From an uncultured Phycisphaerales bacterium (GTDB lineage: Bacteria; Planctomycetota; Phycisphaerae; Tepidisphaerales; Tepidisphaeraceae): DNA of 64,000 nucleotides. Positions within the stretch are counted from its first letter, which is position 1. Each line of letters starts with the position of its first letter. Below the pieces are notes generated by a model. It saw nothing but the letters and a program-made list of their open reading frames with translations. It was not told the DNA's origin and did not search any database. Location: NCBI GenBank assembly GCA_963755915.1, contig CAVWLP010000002.1:2144001-2208000 (forward strand). The letters run 5' to 3'. This document shows positions 11,300-20,800 of the stretch, one piece after another. The position numbers were made by a program, and so were the translations under genes.

Positions 11300-11430
11300 C
11301 CTAGACCAGCGAGAGAAGCTGATGGCCTTCGGTCACCAGCTTGGGGTGACGAGGTTGTGGCGGGATCGCACTATTCCAGCGATGTCGTCGCGGGTCAGAA
11401 GCTCGGGACGGAAATTGCCGGACGATTACG
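11300..11430 (+). pseudogene. C-terminal remnant of a PAP2/class A acid phosphatase
   Basis: DQREKLMAFGHQLG / DEVVAGSHYSSDVVAGQKLG resembles the C3 motif (R-x5-HYxSDV). Confidence 0.5.
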
Positions 11431-12040
11431 AAGTTCCCGAGCTGACGTTTTCACCAACCGGCCCCCATTTGACCGCGGTCGCTCAAATAATTACATTCCC
11501 AAAATCTGGGCTGCCGGGGTGTAGCCCAGGACCACATTTGCCATTCTGCACAGGCCAAGGGAGGAAAAAATGCCACGATCATGCCGACTTTTGATCCAAA
11601 CCGCCCGCCGGAGCTCTTTGCGGCGATTCAGCATTTGCAAAACCGCCCGTGTCGTTCTTCCCGCCTTCGCGTTTCCAGTCGCGGCGCGAGCGGCCTACAC
11701 CTTCAACACCGTTCTCAACATCAATACCAGCCAGTTTAACGTCGGCGTCTTCAATATCACCCTCAACAACACCGGAACCGTGGCATTTTTGGGCGAATCC
11801 GGGCCCGACAACAATCCGGTCTCAGGCTTTTACACCACCCCCGCCAACGGCAATGGACCGATTACAACGATCGTCACCGATAATGGCGCCTATAGCAATA
11901 TTAGGTACTGGTTCAGTTTGAATTATTATTTTGTATTTCTATGTTTTGTTCGCAAAAACACGCCCAAAACTTTCACCTGCTGGACCCAATTATAGTGAGA
12001 CAGTTGTTTTGCAGGATATTGAATTGAGAAATTGGGACCG

Positions 12041-12865
12041 TCAGTCGATCAGTTTCAGCAAGTCCTCAATCTCCCAAACCGATTTTGATAGACCAGCGGC
12101 CATTGCGGGTGTCTCTCGTAAGGTGGTGTGAATCTTGCAGTAGTTGTAGTGCATGAAGTAGAGCGCAATCGCGTGGCCGTGATTTTCAATCTTCTTTGAG
12201 TGGGCGTTCGTGAGGCGGGTAAAACGGCGCATTCCCATTCGCATCGACAAATTTTGCCGCTCAACAAAACTCGTACTGACGAGGCGCGGTTCGGGCGTTC
12301 CGCAGATTTCTTCTTTCCGAGTGCCGATGATGTTGGCCGGACTGTAGCGGGCCTCGCCGGGCCGCTCCGCACCGTAGAGCTTCACCAGCATGGCGTAATC
12401 AATGTCACCGCCGAAGGCATCGTCTACGGCGTCCAGATATGCTTTGTGGCCGTCGGTGGTGAGTTGCACTTTGCGGGCGAGACGCTTCGCAACGTCGTAC
12501 ATGAATTCGTGTGCATAGCCGCCGTCGCGAAGTCCGAGCGTATAGGAAATGATGAGCTTTGAATCGGCGTCCAGTGCAGTCCATGTCCAGCAATCGCCGT
12601 AACCCCACTGGCCGCGTTTTTCTTCTGGGACGTTGGCGGCTTTCGCGTAGCAGAATGACCAGATTTCATCGCACTGCACGCGTTTTGTGAGCAAGTGGCA
12701 AACATGCTCATCGTGATATTTTGCGCACGCTTCGCCAAGCTGGGCCAAGAGCTTTAGAACCGTGTTCTTTGCAGCGCCAGTCACCCGGCAAGTGGCGTTA
12801 ACGCCGACGCCATCGACAAGGCATTGGACTATCTGCACCCGCGTCTTGTCTTCAATCTTGTTCAT
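12041..12865 (-). CDS. IS1-family-like DDE transposase
   Basis: N-terminal HTH; QCDEIWSF, TTDG, VERQNLSMRMGMRRFTRLT and TPAMAAG motifs. Confidence 0.88.
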   Translation of the reverse strand: MNKIEDKTRVQIVQCLVDGVGVNATCRVTGAAKNTVLKLLAQLGEACAKYHDEHVCHLLTKRVQCDEIWSFCYAKAANVPEEKRGQWGYGDCWTWTALDADSKLIISYTLGLRDGGYAHEFMYDVAKRLARKVQLTTDGHKAYLDAVDDAFGGDIDYAMLVKLYGAERPGEARYSPANIIGTRKEEICGTPEPRLVSTSFVERQNLSMRMGMRRFTRLTNAHSKKIENHGHAIALYFMHYNYCKIHTTLRETPAMAAGLSKSVWEIEDLLKLID

Positions 12866-12975
12866 AATGAACATTATGCTTGCTCGTGCATGAAAAGTCA
12901 ATAGGAACTTTGTATATTATTCAAAGTTTTAGTGGTTGACAACCGATGTAGATTGTATATTATGTAAAGCGTGGC

Positions 12976-13440
12976 ATGGAAGTACCAAGCAATGGCGAAG
13001 GAGGAAAAGGAGTATCGACAATGCAGGAAGAACAAGCCTCCGCCGCTCTCTGGAAAAATGCCGGCGTCGGTGATCCCGCAACAGTTTGGCCTGTTAAATA
13101 TTGGCCATGCGTTGTCGCGGAAACAAAATTTCTGACCGCCCAGCAATATTGGCATGTTGCAGGACAGATTGATGAAATTGCCTGTGAGGTTGAACCTTGC
13201 AGGTGTCCTACAGCGGACATCGCAAAGATTAAGGATTTTTGGGAACTAAAAGATAAAGGCGGTCCGCTGGGAAAGATCAACCTGCGTGTCTTCTTTTTTG
13301 TGAACACCGATCGCCACGAAATTGTTGTTTTGGGTGTTCACAAAAAAGAAGACGAAGATCAGCTTAGGAACTCCGTGATCATTCGAATAGCGCGGCGTTT
13401 GCGGCTTTATTTGCAGAGCGTATCGCCCAAGAAACAGTAG
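12976..13440 (+). CDS. Putative RelE/HigB (Gp49-like) toxin, cargo
   Basis: FWELK...NLRVFFF...IVVLGVHKK; lies upstream of an HTH gene. Confidence 0.6.
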   Translation: MEVPSNGEGGKGVSTMQEEQASAALWKNAGVGDPATVWPVKYWPCVVAETKFLTAQQYWHVAGQIDEIACEVEPCRCPTADIAKIKDFWELKDKGGPLGKINLRVFFFVNTDRHEIVVLGVHKKEDEDQLRNSVIIRIARRLRLYLQSVSPKKQ

Positions 13441-13461
13441 ACAGCAGACAGGAGCACTGAC

Positions 13462-14019
13462 ATGATAGCCATCAAAAAATCGCCGGAGGTCGAAAAACAG
13501 GTTCCCCACGTCGAAAAGCTGTCCATTGAACAGCAGTTGCAACTCGCGTCGGCCAATATCAACGGTACTCTTGAATCGTCGCTCACGGCCGCAGCGGTTG
13601 CCACGGTGGTTGCCAGAATGGTGCAACTAGACCCGGCTGACCAGAGCGACCTATTCGAGTGCATGAAGGACTTGTCAACGATCAAGTCCCGCGAAGACGC
13701 CGAAGAGACAATGAAGACGATCCTCGAAATTCTGGAGCCAAGGGGCCACGAGTCGTCTCGGTTGAAGGATTCATTGGTCGAGGAAATTCCTTCGCGTCAG
13801 AACCACGAAAGCTGGCTGATATGGATCAGCCAAAAGCTCAAATCATTGCGCGAAGAACGCAGCCTAACGCAAGCGGAGTTAGCTCGGCGCGCCGGTTTGC
13901 TCCAGAGCCATATCAGCCGTCTAGAAGCTGGAAGGCACAGTCCGTCCATGAAAACCCTACAGAAGCTCGCCGACGCTTTGAAGATTGACGTTAATTCTCT
14001 CAGCTTATTGTCCGCCTAA
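13462..14019 (+). CDS. XRE-family HTH protein (putative antitoxin), cargo
   Basis: C-terminal LREERSLTQAELARRAGLLQSHISRLEAGRHSPS. Confidence 0.8.
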   Translation: MIAIKKSPEVEKQVPHVEKLSIEQQLQLASANINGTLESSLTAAAVATVVARMVQLDPADQSDLFECMKDLSTIKSREDAEETMKTILEILEPRGHESSRLKDSLVEEIPSRQNHESWLIWISQKLKSLREERSLTQAELARRAGLLQSHISRLEAGRHSPSMKTLQKLADALKIDVNSLSLLSA

Positions 14020-14020
14020 C

Positions 14021-14281
14021 TTACGAGGGGCGGCGAGGCCATCTGGCTCTCGCCGCCTTCTTCGCGATTTCGCTTCGAGATTTGGCAGACAGTTTTTTTG
14101 CCCGCGCCTTCCCACCCTTGCTCGCCCCCAGCTTGCTCAATGCAACCGCATGAGGATTACGTGTGTCATTCGGGGGTGGACTCCCCGGTGGCAGGATAGG
14201 TGGACCATTCCCCGTGGCGGCATCGACGACGGCCTTAGCTGTTTGGGTAAAATCTCGGCGATTGCTTGCTCGTGCTGGCAT
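14021..14281 (-). CDS. Small basic accessory protein of the element
   Basis: NPHAVALSKLGASKGGKARAKKLS...IAKKAARARW; next to the IR and co-oriented with the transposase. Confidence 0.75.
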   Translation of the reverse strand: MPARASNRRDFTQTAKAVVDAATGNGPPILPPGSPPPNDTRNPHAVALSKLGASKGGKARAKKLSAKSRSEIAKKAARARWPRRPS

Positions 14282-16386
14282 TCCCCGACTCTGCCACGAA
14301 TTGGGATCGGCGTCAAATTTTCAAAGATTCAAACTGAACCAGTACCCAATATTAACATCTACCCCAGCCTAAACGACAACGGCACGGTCGCCTTCGCGGC
14401 CAATTTCGGCAGTGGCACCGGTGTATTTACCGGAAGCGGCGGCGCCATCACCCCCGTCTACCTGAGCAACCCGGCCGGACCCTTCACCAGCTTCATCACA
14501 AGAGCGCACCCGGCGATCAATCAGAGCGGAGAGCTCGCATTCTTCGCCGACTATGATGAAGGCTACGACAACATCTATGCCACCGACGGCGTCTTCGCCG
14601 GATCAGGCGGGTCTACTTTCAACGACATCGTGGATAACAGCAACGGCACGAATGGGTATTACGGCATCTCGATAAACAATACCGGGGAAGTAGCTGTAGC
14701 CGCCGGCAACGGAGTTTACGAAGGAGTTGGCAGCGATAACCCCACAACGATTGCCAGCATGGGCGGAATTTATCGGGAGTTCGAAAATGTAAGCAACAAT
14801 TCCTCCGGAATGGTCGCGTTTGACGCCTACACCACCACCGGATCGGGAATTTTCCTCTACAACGGCACGGGCGTTACCCAGGTTGCCGCCGGCACTGACG
14901 ATGAAGGCACCGACTTGCAGGAGGTGTTCGATCCCACCATCAATTCCAGCGGCGCGGTCGCGTTCGGCGGCTACACCTGGAACTCCGCCATTGGCGCTGA
15001 CGAATCTGGAATCTACACCGGGAACGATCCCGTCGCCGACAAGGTGATCGCCTACGGAGACCCCCTCTTCGGTTCCACCGTGACTGGCGTCAGCAATCAA
15101 TTCTTCGGCTTCAACAACGCCGGTCAGGTGGCGTTCCAATATTACCTCGCTGATGGCGCTGTAGGGGTCGCCATCGCCACGCCCGTTGGCAATCCACCTA
15201 CGCTGACTTGGGATAACGCCGGGGGAGCCAGCCCCAGCGACGGAAAAACCTGGGATACGACCAGCAACAACTGGAACAACGGCACATCCGCCACCGTCTA
15301 CGCCGACAACAGCAATGTTATTTTCAACGACAGCAATAACGGCCATTACGCTGTCACGCTGAATACCACGGTGCATCCCTTTTCCGTGACGGTCAACAAC
15401 AACTCGGGCAACTACGTGATCAGCGGCACAGGCAGCATCGGCGGCACTTCCGCGATGCTCACCAAAACCGGCACGGACACGCTGACCCTCGCCAACACCG
15501 GAACCAATACCTACGGCGGGGGGACCACCGTCAGCGGCTGGACGTTGTTAATCGCCGCGCCCGGCGCCCTTCCGGCCGGCGGCACCGTGACCGTCACAGC
15601 CGGGACGCTGCGATTGGGCGCAAACACGGGGGCCGAGACTTTAACGAGTCTGACCCTCTCCGGTACCGGCACGTTCGACGTGAACAACAATCACGTCATC
15701 ATCAATTATGGCCCCGACCCTTACCTCGATCCGATCGCGTCCATCGCGGCGTGGCTGGCAACTGGATTCAACGGCGGATATTGGAACGGCGCGGGTGGGA
15801 TCACCTCGACCGCGGCGGCAGCCAATCCCAGTTACGGCCTGGGCTACGCTGACTCGGCCGATCCGGGAAACCCCGCCGGCCTCGGTTCCGGAACCTTGGA
15901 AATAAAGTATACCCTCCTCGGCGACGCGAACCTGGACGGCGTCGTAAATGGAACTGATTTCAGCATCCTCGCCGCCAACTTCGGCACCGGCGCGACAAAC
16001 TGGGACCAGGGAAATTTCCTCTATGGGAGCTCCGTCAACGGCTCCGATTTCAGCGCCCTGGCCGCCAACTTTGGCCAGGGCGACAGTGGCGCTGACGTCG
16101 CTGTCTCCCCAGCCGACATCGCCGCGCTCGATGCCTTCGCTATCGCCAACGGATTGCCGCTGCCTGCGATCGGTGTCGTCCCCGAACCAACTTCTCTGAC
16201 AGCGCTTGCATGCGCGTCTGGCCTGATGATTCGCCGACGGACACGTGTTCCGAAGTTCGTCTGAAAAATGCCGTCAACAAATCAGGCAAGATTTAGCTTG
16301 CCGCGAATTTCCAAAAAAGTGCCAAGCGAATTTTCCCCTATACTGCCGGGCGATTAATATAGACCGCTCATTCGAAGGTGCACCCT

Positions 16387-16522
16387 ATGAAAAAAGTGGC
16401 GGTTACAGGCGGTAACGGAAAGCTCGGACGCTTTGTTGTTGCGGACCTGCTCCAGCACGGCTTTGATGTGACGAATCTGGACATAGACCGCTCCAGCGAT
16501 CTGAAATGCCAAACGCGCCAGC
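16387..16522 (+). pseudogene. NAD-dependent epimerase/dehydratase N-terminus truncated by IS630
   Basis: MKKVAVTGGNGKLGRFVV Rossmann motif; no recognisable continuation beyond the IS. Confidence 0.8.
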
Positions 16523-17569
16523 TAGAGCATTTCCTTTTCCAAACTAGCGCCAGGCATCGACCTGTGCTAACCTCCGAAACAACAAGGAGGTTTTCATGGC
16601 TTCCCAGATCACCCTCACCCGTCGATGGATCATCTCGGCCTATCAAGCCGGCAAGGGCACCAAGGAAATCGCCGCGATCTTCGGCCGGTGCGAATCAGCC
16701 GTTCGCCGCGTGCGGCAGAATCATCGCGAGCGCGGAACCGCGGACCCGCTGCTCCACCTTCGCGGCCGCAAAGGAAAACTCACCGACCAGATCAAAACGC
16801 AGCTCGGGCAATTCGTGGCGGATCATCCCGACGCCACGCTCGCTGAAATCAAGGAGCAATTGCAACTGGACGTGGCGCTCTCCACGGTGGACCGTTGGGT
16901 CGGGAAGCTGGATTTGTCCTTTAAAAAAAGTCCCTCCACGCCGCCGAGCAGGAGCGGCCCGACGTCGCCGAGGCGCGTGCGCAATGGGAACAAAACGTAA
17001 AGCAGGTCGATCCCAATCGCCTGGTTTTTCTGGATGAATCCGGGGCCAAAACCAACTTCACCCGCCTGCGTGGCCGCTGCGCCCGGGGTGAACGATTGGT
17101 GTGCAGGGTCCCGGCCGGACACTGGAGCACGACCACCATGATCGCCGCGGTGCGAGTCGGCGGCGCCATCGCCGGCGCGGTGGTGAAAGGACCGATGGAC
17201 GGCGACGTTTTCGTCGTGTGGGTGCGTGAGGCGCTGCTTCCAGGACTGCGGCCCGGCGACATCGTGGTGATGGACAATCTGCCGGCTCACAAGCGGCCGG
17301 CGGTGCGGGCGATGATCGAAGCGGCGGGCTGTGAATTACGGCTGCTGCCGCCTTATTCTCCGGATTGGAATCCGATCGAGATGATGTGGAGCAAGGTGAA
17401 GCAGTTGATCCGCGGCGCCGAGCCCAGAACATTCGAAGCGTTGGTGGAGGCGGTGTTCAAGGCGATGGATGCAATCACGGCCAGCGACGCCGAGGGATTC
17501 TTTGAGCACTGCGGCTATCACCTTCCGCTAGCTTAATTTGGGAAATGCTCTAATTTGGGAAATGCTCTA
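16523..17569 (+). mobile_element. IS630-family element
   Basis: TA-flanked IRs GAGCATTTCC (16525-16534) and GGAAATGCTC (17558-17567). Confidence 0.9.
16596..17536 (+). CDS. IS630 transposase in two frames, probably joined by programmed frameshift
   Basis: HTH orfA; slippery TTTAAAAAAAG at 16920-16930; FLDESG, VMDNLPAH and LPPYSPDWNPIE motifs. Confidence 0.9.
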
Positions 17570-17734
17570 GATGGCCGGTCGATAGGCTCTCCGTATTTAC
17601 GGACGTCGGCTCGAAATACTGATGCTTTTTGCGTGGGAATGCGGGTTTTTGAATAGGATTGCATATATGCAACAACCCAGTAAAACGCTTGGAAAATCCA
17701 GGGTTTTTCGGGCTTTCCGGCCCGCTCCAAATGC

Positions 17735-17779
17735 GACTGTCGATCCGGTGGTTGCGGGTTCGAGCCCCGTCGCGCTCGC
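17735..17779 (+). other. 3' half of tRNA-Asp(GTC), att-like fragment
   Basis: gactGTCgatccggtggttgcgggttcgagccccgtcgcgctcgc gives anticodon loop, T-arm and acceptor strand; no D-arm or 5' half upstream. Confidence 0.78.
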
Positions 17780-17809
17780 TTTATCAAAATCGAATCGCTC
17801 GATTAAAGA

Positions 17810-17835
17810 ACAAGCCCCGATTTCTCGGGGCTTGT
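17810..17835. terminator. Hairpin, probable terminator
   Basis: acaagccccga-tttc-tcggggcttgt perfect 11-bp stem between the tRNA fragment and a convergent gene. Confidence 0.7.
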
Positions 17836-17864
17836 CTCATTTCTATAACTTGCGGACTCCGCGG

Positions 17865-20800
17865 CTATTGCTTCCGCCGCCGCCGCCGCGCCAGCATTCC
17901 CACCGCGCCCAGCGCCATCAGCCCGACCGACGCCGGCTCCGGCACCGCCGCTAACGACGGCAGCGGCAACCCGTTCGCCACCGCGAATGCATCCAACGCC
18001 GCAATATCCGCCGGCGTCACCGTCGCATCGGCCCCGCTGTCCCCCTGGCCGAAATTCGCGGCCAATGCGCTGAAATCAGAGCCGTTCACCGAAGAACTGT
18101 AAAGGAAGTTCCCCTGGTCCCAGTTCGTCACGCCCAACCCGAAGTTGGCCGCCAGGATCGAGAAGTCAGTGCCGTTAACAGTGCCGTCGAGATTGGCGTC
18201 GCCCAGCAGCGTGTATTTGATCTCAAATTGCCCGCTGGAGAGGCCGGGGACGTTGTGCAGGCCGTCAGAGCCGTCCGCCCAGCCGACTCCGTATTTGAAT
18301 CCGTTCGTGGGCGTCTGGGCAGACGTGGAGAGGATGCTCCCGCCACCGAAGTCAACGCCGTTCCAGGTACCTCCGTTGAAGCCATTCTTCAGCATCTGGT
18401 AGATCGAGCTGTCAATCGTCGACTGGCTCTCGCCCGCCGCTCCGTAATTGATGATCAGGTGGTTATTGGTGATATCCAGCGTCGCATTGGGGTTGATCAC
18501 CAGCGAATTCACCGTGCTTCCGCCGCTGCCTGCCGCCAACTGAAGCACCTGCCGGCTGCCGTTGCCGATTTCTAGGGTTCCCGTACCGGTAACCCCGGCG
18601 ATGCTGACGGTCGGTTCAGCCTCCACGCCGTTGGTCGTCGAACCGCCCGTGATCGCGACGGTCCCGTCGTTGATCAGCGCCGTCGCATCCGCCGCCGGCA
18701 CAATCGTCGTTGTATGCACCGCAAACGGATCCACCGGCCCGCTGATCGACAGCGTTGTATTCGCGTCCACCCCCAGCGCCGATCCCGCGGCCGTAACTGA
18801 TACCACGGTCGAATTGCTTGTCGTAATCGACGAAGCGGATGCATCGACGAGGTTCAACGTCCCGCCGCCCCAGGTCAGCGCGGTCGGTGTCAGCACCACG
18901 GGATTCCCCGCCGCGCTGATCGTCGAGCTCCCGCCCGCCGGCACGGTCGGATTCACCGTCAGCGGCCGGCTTGATGACCAGGACGAGTTCAGCAGTAGCG
19001 TGCCGCCGCCAAACGTCACCCCGCCCGGCGCATTACCCAGCAGCGCGTCCCCCACGGAACCCAACTCCAGGGTCCCGCCATTCAGGATCGTGCCGCCCGA
19101 ATAATTGTTGTTCGTCGTGCTGTTCAGGTTCAGCGTTCCGGTGTAGGTCGAGCCCAGTTTGATCGCCAGCATTCCGCCGCCGCTGGGGGTATCAGAATTG
19201 TCCGTGATATACCCGGCAAAGTTCGTCGACTTGGTTCCGTCGATAATCAGCAGTGCGTTATTCGTCGAGTTATCCGTCACGATCGCCAGCGTGCCTGCGG
19301 CGCCGCTGTCCAGCGATCCAATCGTTTGGGTGACGCCAAACACGTCCAGGTATCCGTTGTTGTTCAGATGGACGTTCGTGGTCGTCGGCAGGGCGTTGTT
19401 CACGTCAAGCTGCACTTCCCCGCCGCTGCTGTTGTCGATGGTCGTTGACGACCCGCCGCCCGGTGTCGGTCCGTCATATGTGCTCTGCCCTTCGAGCATG
19501 ACCAGGCCCGCTCCACCCGTGAAGTCCACGTCGCCGTCGCCGGTTATCGCGCCGCCGATCACCAGCGTATTGCCGCTGTTGGCGCCGATATCCGTCGTGA
19601 ACGAAGTCAGCTCGTTGGAGTTCAGCATGATCGTGTTGTCGATTTCGCTGGTCGGCCCGCCTTCGCCCGTGATGCTCACCGCGGCGCCGTTGATGTACAC
19701 ACTGCCGCCGCCATTGATGTTGCCTCCGTCCAGCCGAATTCCCACCGCGCCGTCGAGGATTAGGTCGCCCGTGAATCCGCCCGGCGTGCTTGGCGCGGTG
19801 AAGCTGAACGCCGAATTGCTGCTCAGGTCCAGCGCGCCGCCCAGCACCGACAAAACTCCAATCGTTCGCGTCGGCTGGAGATTGTTAAACGTCAGCGTCC
19901 CCGTCCCGATCTTCGTCAGGTTTCCGCCGGAGCCCGTCAGGTTGAAGCCCAGCGTGACATTATTCCCGTCGGTGTCGATCGTCGACGTCGTCCCGGGGTT
20001 CAGCGTTATCGACTCGGTCCCCGTCCCGAACGTCACCGGCGACGTAAATTGCATTGTCCCGCCCAGCATATTGATCCCGCCCGAACCGGAATTGATTTCC
20101 CCCGGATCATTGATCGCAAGAACCCCTCCCTCCACGTCCGTCGGACCGGAGTAGGAATTCGAAATGTTCGTCAGCGAAACCGTTGCCGTCGAATTCACTG
20201 CCACGCTGCCGGAGCCGGAAATCAGTCCCGAATAGCTCCCGTTGCTCGCCTGATTGAACACCAGCGATGCCGACGTGTTGTTGATTTGCACGCCACCGCT
20301 CGACGGCAGCGAACCCGTGGACGTCTCCAGCACCCCCGTGTTGATCACCGTTCCGCCCGAATAGGTGTTGGTTCCTCCCAGCACAACCGTTCCGGTGTCG
20401 CCGCCGACGCTCAGCGTATATCCGTTGTTGCCGTCGCTTATTCCGCCCGTTAGCGCCAGGACGTTGTTTGCCGAGGCCTGGAAATTCTGCGACCCGGTCA
20501 GCACGATCGGCGCACTGATCGTCGTCGTCACCGCGCTTGCGTTGGTTTCCGTCGCCGAATCCACGATCCCGCCCGAAAGCGTAATTGTGTTCGTTCCCGC
20601 CACGGTATATCCCTGCGTCACGTTCGAGAAAATCAATCCACCGCCGGCCGTCACCGCGCCCGACACCGTTATCGTACCGCCCGCTCCGCCACTCCCGATG
20701 ATTACGGGATCGTTAGAGCTGTTGTTATACGCCTGCCCGCTGAAGCTTTGGGTGCCGGTAGTTGTGAAGAAATTGGTGGAACCAGCCTGCCACGTCCCAT

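Larger units (their letters stand above)
11904..14346 (-). mobile_element. IS1-like cargo-carrying element, 2443 bp
   Basis: Perfect 20-bp IRs GGTACTGGTTCAGTTTGAAT (11904-11923 and 14327-14346); 8-bp TSD CAATATTA (11896-11903 and 14347-14354). Confidence 0.93.
11570..16264 (+). pseudogene. PEP-CTERM surface protein interrupted by the IS1-like element
   Basis: Removing 11904-14354 restores GAYSNINIYPSLNDNG in frame; autotransporter-type repeat, dockerin-like tail, VPEP...RRR. Confidence 0.9.

Noticed and set aside
13985-14346. N-terminal 120 aa of the 759-aa ORF
   Set aside because: This is antisense read-through of the IS end; the true N-terminus is at 11570-11903
17700-17779. Complete tRNA-Asp gene
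   Set aside because: No 5' acceptor strand or D-arm; only the 3' half is present
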